This document shows, one piece after another, positions 13,492 to 26,016 of a stretch of DNA of 64,000 nucleotides (the stretch's first letter is position 1; the number at the start of each line of letters is the position of its first letter). This stretch comes from Octopus vulgaris. Lineage: Eukaryota. The translations under genes were made by a program, and so were the position numbers. The notes beneath the pieces are model-generated. The model was not told the origin of the DNA, did no database searches, and saw only the letters and a list, made by a program, of their open reading frames with translations. Location of the stretch: positions 199,206,001 to 199,270,000 of the forward strand of contig OX597814.1 in assembly GCA_951406725.2 (NCBI GenBank), read 5' to 3'.

Positions 13492-13882
13492 GTGGAGGCG
13501 CAATGGTTCGGTGGTTAGGGCAGCGTACTCGCGGTGGTGGGATCGTGGTTTCGATTCCCAGACCGGGCGTTGCAAATGTTTATTGAGCGAAAATACCTAA
13601 AGCTCCACGAGGCTCCGGCAGCAGGGCGGGGGGGGGGGGGGGGCGAACCCGGCTGTACTCATCCACCACAACTTTCACTCTTTCTTCCTGTTTCTGTTGT
13701 ACCTCTATTTCAAAGGGTCCAGCCTTGTCACGCTCTGTGTCACGCTGAATCTTCCCGGGAACTGCGTCAAGGGTACACATGTCTGTGGAGTGCTCAGCCA
13801 CTTACGCGTCAATTTCACGAGCAGGATGTTCCGTTGATCGGATCAACTGGAACCCTCGTGGTGGTCACCGACGGAGTTCCAC
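13492..13882 (+). mobile_element. SINE-D, tRNA(Arg)-like head
   Basis: ggaggcgcaatgg..gtggttagggcagcg..gtttcgattcccagaccggg; TSD atattatg(c/t)atatg; paralogs at 25513-25897 and 62610-62713. Confidence 0.85.
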
Positions 13883-14559
13883 GATATTATGTATATGGAC
13901 GAATATATCTCTGTTCACATGTATGAGATAAATCGATATGTTTATTCTATGTTATTGGCATTTTGCTACATTTATTTTTAGGCAGCATTTAGTTTTTGAG
14001 CTGTTGCGGTACATTATTTTCCACTGTATAGAAACTCCGTTGCTGGTTGCTGGGATGATAAATTTTTCTCTTAAATAATCAGTTAGTCAAGAAAATATAG
14101 ATTAAATAATTTTTACTTTCATTTAGTGGCTTTTTACATTGATGTTTTATGCAAATCTGTCTTGCTGTATTTGTTGGGGTTTTTTTGTGTTATTTAAACT
14201 TATCGTTTCTTTTTTTTTACTTTTCAATTTGATTTTACTTTTCTCTTGGAAAGATTACTTATCTCAGCAACCGGTAATTTGCTTTAATTTTTCATTACTT
14301 TTTTTCTCTTTTTCGTGACGATGGGGGGGGGGGGATGTAATACATCCATTATTTAAAAGATTATTTTGGTTTCAGCTTCGTGTTTATTCGTAAACTCAGT
14401 GTTGAGAGCTTTTCAAGAAGTTCGGAATCACGTACAAAGTCACCCGTATTGTGCCGTTTTTGAGTGATTTCAAATTGGAAACATAAATGATATATAAAAA
14501 GAAATAAATAAATAAGCTAAATAGCAGACCCTAAGTAAATTAAAGAAACACACACACAC

Positions 14560-14740
14560 TATCCACTACACATTCTTTATTTTCTCTCCTTGTTTCTTTC
14601 TGTGTTCCTTTCTGTGGGAGAGCGTAGGCTCGAAACGTTAAAGACTTTTGCACTTCCCGAGCGTCATACTAATACATCTGTTTGTTGTCTACACTACCCG
14701 TCTTCGTCTTTTGTTTTTATTTTTGTGAATTATCCCCTTG
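14560..14740 (+). mobile_element. Penelope-like pLTR-type short element with variant hammerhead motif
   Basis: cttt-ctgtggga-gagc(gtag)gctc-gaaacgtt-aaag; ends at (TA)n; its 3' end recurs inverted at 31017-31080; related to 44696-44886. Confidence 0.65.
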
Positions 14741-14937
14741 TATATACATATATATATATATATTAGATATAAAGAGAGGGAGAGAGAGAGCTCCAAGAGT
14801 TAAGGGGTGGAGTAGATGAAATCCACATATGTTTCATAGCGAGCGCATCCTCAGAAGTAGGGAATATCAAAAAGGTGAAGATAAACTTATTTGGAAATGG
14901 ATGCGTCATGTTCAATCAAATAATAAATAGTAAATAA

Positions 14938-14982
<45 letters not shown>

Positions 14983-15212
14983 CGGTCAGTTTTTCATAAG
15001 TCAGAAAATAATGCGCACATTAAAAGCATTTTTGAGCAGTAATATTTTATATAATGGTTGGTTATAATTAGTCAGAAAGAGAAAGTTACCATTGGTTTCA
15101 CGTCCATTATTGCTCGTAGCAATATAGTTCCCGTTCTGATGGGTCGCCAGCAAAAATAGACGTGAAACCATTAGTAACTTTCTAACCGGATATAACCGGC
15201 GTCCACATTATG

Positions 15213-15262
<50 letters not shown>

Positions 15263-15264
<2 letters not shown>

Positions 15265-15624
15265 AATTAAGGACTGAACACGAAAAGTGGACAGTCAACA
15301 TGCTAGATATAGACGTCAAATCGCCATTCTCCACAAAGATTATGTTCTCAAATCAAACTCAGCACAAAACCAAAGCAATAATTATTTTATTTCGCTTATT
15401 TTCATTTGTCTTGTTTATAGCTTTGGTTTTGTGCTGAGTTTGATTTGAGAACATAATCTTTGTGGAGAATGGCAATTTGACGTCTATATCTAGCATGTTG
15501 ACTGTCCACTTTTCGTGTTCAGTCCTTAATTGGTATATATAAATATTTTAATCTTTGGATTCTTTTTAATATGCTAGACCACTGGTTTTAATTGATAAAT
15601 ATCAATTTCTACCCTTAATTAATT
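15263..15624 (+). mobile_element. hairpin-plus-tail element in (TA)n, Penelope inverted-pLTR architecture
   Basis: 114-bp arms 15263-15376 and 15420-15533 with one mismatch, 43-nt loop, then an ~85-nt tail; (TA)n on both sides. Confidence 0.7.
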
Positions 15625-15629
15625 ATATA

Positions 15630-15665
<36 letters not shown>

Positions 15666-16099
15666 ATCTTCTATAGGATTTGTGGCTGAGTGGATACCGC
15701 ACTGAACAACCTTGTTGAGATCAATTCATGTCTTGTTACAGATACTACATTGTATGGTGGCTATCCACTTGACTGAAAATGTTTACAAGAGAGAAAGAGC
15801 ATCTAAATGCACTAAGCAACGGTGGTAGTCTCAAGCTGGTTAATTGTTAACTACCAATTAACAGTTCTGATTTTAGCTTCTCGGCGTTCCATGCAATTTG
15901 GATCGGTACGGTCCCTATGCAAATTTGCCATTGTGTTAGTTATGATTCCTCAGGAAACAATCATGAATACATATACCTGTCACTAAGTGGAGGTTTTCCT
16001 CGGACAGTCTCTTTGCTGATCAATTAATAATGCAAATCGAACCTAATAGAAATCGCAAATAATTTATGGCTGTTATGTTTCGTACATCAGACGGACATT

Positions 16100-19000
16100 T
16101 CGCCTCTGTACATAACATTTAATTTATGCTTGTACAATTATATCAGTATATTATATCTAATTACGAATTATGAATATTTTACATTGACTTACGAGAAAAC
16201 TGACAGAGCACATACAATCTCTTAGACTCTAATGTTTAAACGACGAAGCATTAACAAAACAGCCCCTTTCGTATACTTCCATTATCCAGTTTGCTTAATA
16301 ATTGAATAATCATAAAGGTACTTATACTATGGTGTTCACAAAAGTTTGTCATTTCTTTCAGTGACAGCATTCGTTTGTAATCTTGATTCCTTCTAAATTT
16401 CCATTGCAATACCTTAATGGATGAAATACATTAATATCGAATCATTGAGTTAAATTCTAATTCTTCATAGCCAGTTAATATTTACATATATTCGACATGC
16501 ACCTCGTTGCCTGTCTACTGACATGCAGATATGTCCATAAAGTGTTTGCATGTATTCGTTTCAAAATATCTGACGATCAGCTCTGTTATTAACTTAAATG
16601 GATTCCATCTAAATTGACAGACACGATCGCTTAGAACGCGGCAATCTATCAAGCTATTTGATGGAAATTTGATAATCAATTTACAGATCAAACATAGAGT
16701 ATATTTTATAGAAAATCCTGTATTACTAATCATGTCACTACAGAAATATTTTGCGATGCTTAAGAGCACAGTTTATTACGCTCTTACACCTCAGCTGTGG
16801 TTCTGATTTAGATTACATAATTTGAAACAGCCTTTATACAATAATCGATTTATTCCTTCTAAAACTAGATCAGTGATGCTATATGAATTGGAATTTGCTC
16901 TATGAACTGGAACTGTGGTACAGTAAGTGGATGCTTGATAAATCTGTGGATTTCTCCAAATCTGTGTTTCAGTAAATATGTGGAGAAAATGCTTTAATAT
17001 CTTGAAACTTGGCAGCAGACAGAAAACTTTGAGAATTATTCTGATATTCGTAATTGGTTTGGGGACTTTTCTTAATATTATCTGCTTCTGTGAATCAAGT
17101 TGTCATGAAGTTGTGTATCAGATAAATTGACCATAAATAAAGGTAACAGCGAGCAAGTTTCAGCATGGTATTAAATTATAAGAGCGGTTTGAGAGCATTT
17201 GAGGCGTAATTTTTATTCGTTTAGAGCTTGTGTTGCGTGAAATTTGTCACGTACTTGTATTTACGACATTAGTGGTGGCTCGGGACACGAAACGGTGTTC
17301 ATCACGTGGTTATAAAATAAATTCGCTCAAGCTGCGATCAACCGCTTTGCTGTCATCTTATAGATTGCTTCGCTTAAATTGGAGGCCAAAGTGTCCCTAA
17401 AATAATCATTTCCTTACTTTTGATGCAAAATACAAATAAATAAATAGATATATAAAATGATTTCCGTGATTAAAAACAGGTTGACTCCACCATTTCCTAA
17501 TACAGATTATTATTCAATTGTAACCACATTTGCTATTCTATTTAACTCAACTGACAACTTTAAATTCCGTTTTTCTTTTGTCTTTGTTGATGAGACCAGT
17601 AAGCTTATCCAATCTCCTACGTTTTTTTTCCAATCTCTTTTCCGGTCTGTCTGTTCTCTCTCATCTTTGTCATCTGACCAATTGCTTGTCTCGCTTCTAA
17701 TACATTCTTATTGTATTTTGCTCCTATTTCAACTATTCTTTTCCTCAGTGTTTGAAAAATTAATAATGATCGTGAGCCATTGGAGAATTCCAACACAGAG
17801 CATCACGAAAATCTTTGAATTCTAGTACTAACTATATTTTCTTTATAGAAGTATTCCAGTTATTGTCGCAGCTATAAATTTTATACAAGCAAATAGCAAT
17901 AAATATTTTGTGAGTTATCTGTTTGCTTTTTTTATGGGATGCAATTTGAGAAATAAAGTTTGTAACAGAATCCGTTAGAAAATCTATCTGCCTGTTATCG
18001 TTAAACGAATGTGATCTGAAATAACACTTGGCAGCAAATTTCAGCTTTTCTTTTTATTTTGCATCTGCTATAAGACATGGGAACTACTATTTCATACTAA
18101 ATCGGCAATGCTGAATTCGGATCTGTGAACGAAATTTCCCCATTATTTCCAAAGTTTGTGTAACCGAAGATCTCTACCCAACTTTTTTTTCTCCATCTCC
18201 ACTTGCTTGAACAGACTCTGTTGCTTTTCACTTCCATGATTTATGGTAGTAATACTTAAATAATGGTTTCAGCGATTTCTTTCGTTCTTCTGGCTTAGGA
18301 CATACAGTGGAGATTTAATAGCAGAGATACCCTATCTAAGCACTATAGAAAGAGAAATACCTATTGGGAAACGAGACTCGATTGTATTCTCTTCTTCTGT
18401 AATTTGTGTAATGGTGAGCTCTCTTTCCGCAGCAATAATAATTCCACAAGAATTTTGGTTTCAATTATTCCACAGGAATTTTGGTTTCAATTCCTTTGAT
18501 ATCTGCGTTACGTAACAGATTTACTTCGTTGATGACAGCTGCGAGATGTTCCGAAAAGAGGTCAATGGAAGACAGTAAAAAGATATCCATTTTAAGAAAC
18601 GTTCCAGATTCTGTTTCCATTAAATTTTAGCAGGTTATCAACTAGTTTTCAGCTCCATGTTTCTCATGGAAATATTTCTGCAACTTCAACAGAATGAGTG
18701 CAGAGTCTTCATTCCGTCGAATTTACTTGAATGGAAAATAATAAGTCGTAGATCCCACAGCGCACTCCAATGTCTGTCTTTGCATCTATCAGTATTCCAT
18801 CGAAGTTTTCTTTTCCATGTAGAAAAACTACTGCACGGAGGATCTATACACTCTACCAACTTTTAATGCGGCCAAGTTTTATGTGAACTGATGAAGATTT
18901 TTCAATGGATAGACCAGAACTTGGCGTTACACATTATATTCACCAACAATGCATTTAGTTCTAGATGGCCAGTCATGCTTTTCTATCGAGTTTTATATCC

Positions 19001-19200
19001 ACTGCTACATAGAGACAAATAGCATAAATTTTTGTTGTCTAATCGTAAGCCTAGAAGTAATGATATAACTAAGGATTCCATAAGTTTTTCAATTGTGCTC
19101 ATTGTATTTAATAAGACTTAGTAGTAGTCCATGGATTCATAAGTCTCATCAAGGCCTTGGTATGTGTTATACATATTGAAGGTTTCTTAATTGGCAATGT
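16100..19200 (-). pseudogene. ancient degraded LINE (APE+RT, possibly L1/Tx1-like)
   Basis: Reverse-strand fragments CIVGEYN (cf. APE xxGDFN) near 18940 and IYKMTAKRL (cf. RT YKIxAKxL) near 17350, in the expected order; boundaries approximate. Confidence 0.4.
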
Positions 19201-19334
19201 ACAGTAAGATAATTTCCAGAATCACCTTAATAGTCATTGAAGATCTCCACACTTTGAGATCATATTTACACCTAATCTGTGGCATTAGGCCAACGACATC
19301 ATTGCAGAAGCTAACACTTTTCTCAACTAAGTAA

Positions 19335-19515
19335 ATTGGTTTCAAATTTTGGCACAAGGCCAGCAACTTCGGGGAAGCGGGTAAATCGATTACATCGACC
19401 CCAGTGTTCATCTAGTATTGATTTTATCGACACTGAAAGGCAAATTCGATCTTAGCGGAATTTGAAATCAGAACGTAAAGACGAACGAAATGCCGCTAAG
19501 TAATTTCTCCGCCTT
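19335..19515 (-). mobile_element. older SINE-A variant
   Basis: tttcaaattttggcacaaggccagcaa tail variant plus aaaggcaaattcga..ggaatttgaa. Confidence 0.75.
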
Positions 19516-20047
19516 ATCTCCTTTAAGTAAATTGATGAATATTTCCTATGATGATGGCGAAAATTAAAATGCACAGAAAACTGAAACCTGAAACCAAGTC
19601 ATTTCTGTTTGTTCTTTCATTAATTCTAAATCTTGCGCCAAGTCATTTAATTCCTTGACTTTAGAGGATGTGGGGAACCATCTTCGTCTGGAAAATTTTA
19701 CTTTGTTTCTCATTCACAAGTTGAATCGTCAGTAAGAGCTATAGCTCTAAGTTACAATCAAAATCGTATTTGCAGCCAAGGTTCATCATTTAAGGTGTCC
19801 CTGAGTGTCTTCGAAGATGCGTGTGTTCAAAGAAATAATAGATGTAGCTCGGGTAATATACGTCAACACGTCCCTTTGATGCCATTCTGAGTCCCCACAC
19901 TAGATATGGAGATGTAATTAAGATATGGCACTTTATACGTCTGTCTCGTCACGTGAGAAGAAACAACATTGTACATATTAATTTCGATTGATAACTAGAA
20001 TTTAATTTCATAAAAAAATGTTGATGCGCTAGAATAATTCTAAATAC

Positions 20048-20467
20048 CCATTTCTTTACTACCCACAAGGGGTTAAACACAGGGAGGATAAACAAGGACA
20101 GACAAACGGATGAAACCGATTATATTGACCCCACTGTGTAACTGGTATTTATTTAATCGACCCCGAAAGGATGAAAGGCAAAGTCGACCTCGGCGGAATT
20201 TGAACTCAGAACGTAGCGGAAGACGAAATATCTATTTCTTTACTATCCACAAGGGGTTAAACACAGAGGGGACAAACAAGGACAGACATACGGATTAAGT
20301 CGGTTATATCGACCCCAATGCGTAACTGGTGCTTAATTTATCAACCCCGAAAGGATGAAAGGCAAAGTCGACCTCAGCGGAATTTGAACTCAGAACGTAA
20401 CGGCAGACGAAATACGGCTAAGCATTTCGCCCGGCGTGTTAAAGTTTCTGCCAGCTCACCACCTTCA
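20048..20467 (-). mobile_element. SINE-A dimer
   Basis: Two units, one head; 15-bp TSD aataattctaaatac at 20033-20047 and 20468-20482. Confidence 0.9.
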
Positions 20468-20929
20468 AATAATTCTAAATACAGATTTGAAGTCAACGTA
20501 CCAACATTACCCAGAAACCCATAACAAAATATTTGTTGCTTAATGTAATCATTGTTTTATAGATTTTATGCATGGTCATTAATGTCTTTCATAAGCTCCT
20601 GTTTATACAGTTTCGAAACTATAATCCTTATATGGTTGCTCTAGCAACAAAGAAGCGTTTCTAGAGGAATTTATCGATACAGTCTTAGTTCTGCAGTCCT
20701 CGAAATCAAAGAGAGAGAGAGAGAGAGAGAGAGGAGGAGGGGGTTGTTCAATGACATTGTAATCTTTAGTGTAACACAGAGATATCTTAATATTTAATTA
20801 CTTGTCTTATAACTTACGACATTCCAATTATTTTACAAAATGTGAAGGGGAATATTGAATACAAACTCTATTTTAATGTATGGATTGATAAATAAAACCG
20901 ACAGTATTATGTATTTTGGAATAATAAAA

Positions 20930-21131
20930 ATAATAAATGCGCCCTTTTAAAGCCTAGCCAGGCTCATGGGCCCGGTTTCCCGGTTTCCATGGCATGTGTG
21001 TCCCCAAGCTGGAGCAACGTGAAATGAAGTGTTTTGCTCAAGAACACAACGCGTCGCCCGGTCCAGGAATCGAAACCACAATCTTACGATCATGATGCTG
21101 ACACCCTAACCACTAAGCCACGCGCCTCCAC
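20930..21131 (-). mobile_element. tRNA-derived CORE-like SINE sharing its 3' segment with SINE-C
   Basis: Reverse head gtggaggcgcgtggcttagtggttaggg; 3' gaaaccgggaaaccgg..atgagcc; TSD gtattttggaata. Confidence 0.85.
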
Positions 21132-21199
21132 GTATTTTGGAATAGTGTTGTATTTCTTTTCTTTTTTTTTTTTGCTTGCTGAGTCCGGAAGAAGGGCCT

Positions 21200-21750
21200 C
21201 GTAGGCCTCCGACACTGGTGAAGCCTACGAAAAAGATGCGAGCAGGAAGAATGCAGAAGGCCGATGTTTTGGGAAGACGGATTGGACAGAGTGATTAGAA
21301 CGTGGAAAGTGGAGTTGGACGCTATAAGCAGGAGGAGAGATGAAGAAATAAATATATCGAGGGCGACTCACTAGTTGAGGGTCGAGACCAGCCAACTGCG
21401 AGATGGAGAGACAATTATAGTAGTGATAGGCAAGACAGAGAAGAGAGAGCACGTTTGAAGGTGTAAAGTCGGAGGGTTTGTTAGTGATAGTATGTCAGCC
21501 AACCGAACGACCTGGCCTTTTCCTGGATGCAGTCCAAGATGTCACTGTGCTTAGTAACAGTCCCGTCCTATACATATCATGTGAGCGCAGTACTCCATTG
21601 TGGACCACATTTGAACTTTGTAGGATTTCAGCAGCTGTTTGGAACTGTATATTTCCTAGTCCTAAAGAGAAGGGTTAATCCTTGAGATTCGGTTCTAACT
21701 ATGCTGAAGATGTGCTTTCTCCTGGAGTGATCTTCGCAACAGAGACGAGC
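21200..21750 (-). pseudogene. degraded LINE ORF2 C-terminal fragment (L2/CR1 group)
   Basis: LLKSYKVQMWSTMEYCAH, ILDCIQEKAR and YHYYNCLSISQLAGLDP resemble post-RT motifs (LYKxxVRPxxEYC, LDxIQxRA, FYRYYxG). Confidence 0.6.
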
Positions 21751-21762
21751 AGCATTTAGAGT

Positions 21763-21954
21763 TGTGGTTCTCGACTATTTTAATATCCAGGTCAAATCCA
21801 AAACCTGAATTTTTTTAAGGAGGCCGCATCAAAAAAAAGTAAAACACAACTCAATTAAAGAAAAAATATATTCATAGATGGGAGACCGCCGAAGGTCGCT
21901 GGGTGGATACCTGAGTTCCGCACGAAGCTTTGGGAACCGCGGTTAAGAAATGCT
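21763..21954. mobile_element. hAT-like MITE, inverted paralog of 51710-51882
   Basis: Shared atccagg.caaatccaaa..cct..aggaggccgc and ccgcggtt(a/g)agaa. Confidence 0.6.
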
Positions 21955-22197
21955 AATTGGAAGTGATTGTGAGTGCTCTAGCTGAACTGGAGTGCCACTC
22001 ACACTAAGAAACGCGATGGTACTTTCAAGGAATGCTTAAAATTTTGTTGTTGTTGTTCTATTTCATTTATTTTGCTGCTAAGGGAGACAAGGTTGGTTTT
22101 GTCTCACTGAATAGGGTCTTCTTGGTATCTGTTTATGGAGTCGGTTCAGGTTTGACGTAGAGCTGGTACATAAGTTCTGTCATCTACATACAAGTAT

Positions 22198-22530
22198 GCT
22201 CTTTTACTCTTTTACTTGTTTCAGTCATTCGACTGTGGCCATGCTGGAGCACTACCTTTAGTCGAGCAAATCGACCCCACGACTTATTCTTTGAAAGCCT
22301 AGTACTTATTCTAATCGGTCTCTTTTGCCGAACCGCTAAGTTACGGGGACGTAAACACACCAGCATCGGTTGTCAAGCGATGTTGGGGTGACAAACGCAT
22401 ATACACCCACACATACATACATACATATAGATATATATACACGACGGGCTTCTTTCAGTTTCCGTCTACCAAATCCACTCACAAGGCTTTGGTCAGCTCT
22501 AGGCTATGGTAAAGGACACTTGCATAAGAA
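22198..22530 (-). mobile_element. SINE-B, 5'-truncated
   Basis: ttttacttgtttcagtcatt.gactg.ggccatgctggagcac tail with internal (CA/TA)n. Confidence 0.85.
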
Positions 22531-23284
22531 GAGTGGTATTTCTGCATATAACTATCCCCAAATATTTGTTGTAGATCATGTGAAACGCTTCTGAATTTCA
22601 TTCTTTTGTACACAGGTATCGCTATTTCCATTAATTCTGCTTCGTATTTCACCGTGTTCAAGAGACAGGACTAAGGAACAAGGGAAATAACTCTAGCATG
22701 CTTATAGAAAATAGTGTTCACCGATGTTAGTGATGCAACGAGATTGATAATTCGCTGAGATGTATGATAAAGGACGAGAAAGATTGACAAGTGAGGTGGA
22801 AGCAGAGATACTGTAGACGCTAAGAAGGAAAATGACGAAGACAAGCATTTGGCTATTTTTTTTTCATCTATTTCTTTTCTTAATTTTTTTTTCAAAAGAA
22901 ATTTGAAAGAATGGAAGAAAAACGTGAACGAAACAATATTTACCCGATCGAGAAGGAAGGGGTTTGTGCAGTCGGTCTCTGTTTTGGCGAGATTATAATC
23001 AAACTAGAAACGCAAATAAGCGAGATGAGAGGCATCTATGTGTGTGTTCGTTCGTTAGAGATGAGAGAGAGAGAAAGAGAAAAATAGAGGGAGGGAGAGG
23101 GGGGTGATGGAAATATTAATACATTATTCAGTTGATGTCCATTATTGACAATGACTGCAGGGGCATATTTTGTAAGACACAACAAAAAAGATGTATATAT
23201 GATGAATTTGTATGCTTATATCTTTTAATTCTATCGGCAATCCTACTCGCAAACACACACACACACACATGCACACACATCCAT

Positions 23285-23389
23285 GTCTGTCTGTTTGTCT
23301 ATCTATATTTCTGTTTATCTATCTATCTATCTATCTATCTATATCTATATATCCATCTATATCTATCCATCTATGTCTATCCATCTATG

Positions 23390-23434
<45 letters not shown>

Positions 23435-23602
23435 ATCTACCTCTATCTATCTATATCTACCTCTATCTATCTATATCTATCTGCCTCTATCTATCTGTGT
23501 CTACCTCTATCTATCTATCTATCTATCTCTATCTGCCTCTATCTATCTCTACATCTATCTATCTGTCTCTATATCTATCTATCTATCTCTATATCTATCT
23601 AT
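23285..23602. repeat. degenerate (CTAT)n microsatellite
   Basis: Read directly. Confidence 0.95.
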
Positions 23603-23679
23603 CGGGAGAGAGATAATAACTATAATTATATATTATTTATGTAATAATATATGCTCCATTTAAAGCGATATATATATAT

Positions 23680-23719
<40 letters not shown>

Positions 23720-24071
23720 CACCTTGGGCAAGTGTCTTCTGCTTCAGCCCCTCACAGTCTTGTTAATTTAGTATACGGAAATCGGTTTTGATTTGCTTAC
23801 AACACCGTAACTTAACATTTCAACAAAAAGAGACTAACAAAATAAGTACGTAGCTCGTGCAATACCTGTAGCAAGATACTTGTGTGTGTGTGTGTGTGTG
23901 TGTGTATTTCGTGTCACGCTAAGAAGCGTTACCAGAACTTGTGACTCAAGTCTTTATCTTCTCTATTCCCTGTTTCTTCTATTCTATCCTTCCCCCTTTA
24001 AAAGTGGTCCTTTCTCCGCTTTCACTCACCCCTGATCTTGTTCTGCTTCCTCCCACCCTTTAGCGTTTGCT

Positions 24072-24224
24072 AATCTTCTGATGAGTGAAACCGGATTTAC
24101 TGGAATATCTTCATGTGACTTGTTACCGCTTACATACCCATTACTTTATCCACTTTTCATCTGCAGTTTATGACTATTATGATTATCAAGTAAGTTCGGG
24201 CTTCGTGAAACAGCTGTTGAGATT
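24072..24224 (+). ncRNA. type I hammerhead ribozyme motif with greatly extended stem II
   Basis: Stem I aatctt/gagatt; CTGATGA 24078-24084; stem II gtgaaaccggatttact/agtaagttcgggcttcgt; GAAA-cagctg-TT; cleavage triplet GUU. Confidence 0.7.
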
Positions 24225-25402
24225 TGTAATTACACATTTTCTTGCCTTGTTCTTTTAGTTTCTATGCTTTTGTGCTCCATGTAAAAAATATTTATATCAA
24301 GCCTTGTTTGTGTTAATCTCCATTACTACTCCTATATCGGTTCAATTGGAAATTCTCTTATAGCCATTCTTGACGGCACACACCTTGCACTGGACGAAGA
24401 ATTTAGAGTTTCATTTTCATCTTTTGAGCACCTTTATGTGTTTTCTATACTGAGCATACCCAGCTCTAACCTAGTGCGTGTGTGTATATATGTATATGTG
24501 TACACATGTATATATATATATGTGTATATATGTATATGTGTACACATGTGTATATATATGTATATATTTGTATATATGTATGTGTATATGTATTTATATG
24601 TATATATATATATATGTATTTACATGCATTTGTGTATATATATGTATATGCATATACACTGCTGCGCGCGCACGCACGCTGGAAATGTGACTGCAATCAA
24701 ACTTCTAATATCTTTTTCTACTCTAGGCAAAGCATTTCGCCCAGCGTTATAACGTTTCTGCCAGCTCGCCGCCTTCAAACTTCTAATATAAACTGAAGAA
24801 TGGCCTATTATATAACTGTAGTCGAAATTCCAAATGTATTAGTTAATGTGGCAAAAAGCAAGCTTTCACTGAACAATATTTTAACCTTGACGTAAATTTC
24901 AAATTGCAGTTACTTCTCTATCTCTCATCCTCTCTTTCGCCCCCCCTCTCTCTCCACACATACAACTAATGTACTATGAACAATAAAGACTTTTTCCTAG
25001 TGAGATATTACCTCTCTGTACCGCCCCTACCTGTAAAGCGAACAATTTAATGTAGTACAATGTAACTTATATACACCGAGACCCTTGGTTATTTTGTACT
25101 GAAGAGTCTCAACCAAATCGAAACAGTAGCTATATCTAAATATTCGCGAACTCCGACGGCACAACTTGGTAGTTGATACGAAAGAAAGGAAAGAAATTTG
25201 ATTAAATGCATAATAGGCTGAAAATATTGTGTTAAAAAACCCTTTCGCTAGCAAAGTCGAAGGATGCCCCTATCCAAAAGGTTTTTTTAACCCAAGATTT
25301 ACACATTATTATTTAGCGTTGAGAGCTTCGAGATCCACCACTCATAAAATTATTATTTCGTATTTTCTAGAATTTTATAAATACTGTTGGTTAAATAATA
25401 TA

Positions 25403-26016
25403 CGAGGGTTTACTGAAACGTTCCCAGCTTTAAGAGTTTCGTGAAAGGCCTGCATGAAGGCTCAACCTTCCGTGTTCTTTTACAGGGTTTAGAAAAACTG
25501 AAGGCCCGCTGTCCAGAAGCACTCCGTCGGTTACGACGAAGAGGGTTCCGGTTGATCCGAATCAACGGAACATCCTGCTCGTGAAATTAACGTGTAAGTG
25601 GCTGAGCACTCCACAGACACGTGCACCCTTAACGTAGTTCTCGGGGATATTCAGCGTGACACAGAGAGTGACAAGGTCGGCCCTTTAAAATACAGGTACA
25701 ACAGAAACAGGAAGTAAGAGTGAGAGAAAGTTGTGGTGATAGAGTACAGCAGGGATCACCACCATCTCCTGCCGGAGCCTCGTGGAGCTTTAGGTGTTTT
25801 CGCTCAATAAACACTCACAACGCCCGGTCTGGGAATCGAAACCGCGATCCTATGACCGCGAGTCCGCTGCCCTAACCACTGGGCCATTGCGCCTCCTAAG
25901 GCCCGCTGTACTAAGTTTGTGAATCTGAGAGGGGAGTATATTGAATAAAATCTTTATTAACTGATCCTCCTCTATTTCCTTTCACCCAAAGCCAGAATCT
26001 TTTCAGCATCACCTCG
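25403..26016. mobile_element. mariner-type MITE interrupted by SINE-D
   Basis: Imperfect TIRs ta-cgagggtttactgaaacgttcccagcttt / aaagccagaatcttttcagcatcacctcg-ta. Confidence 0.7.
25513..25897 (-). mobile_element. SINE-D nested in the MITE
   Basis: Near-full copy; 12-bp TSD aaggcccgctgt. Confidence 0.9.

Noticed and set aside
23132-24796. Low-complexity ORFs (LSIY, YICV), also at 39179-39784, 50614-51473 and 52136-52516
   Set aside because: Microsatellite translations
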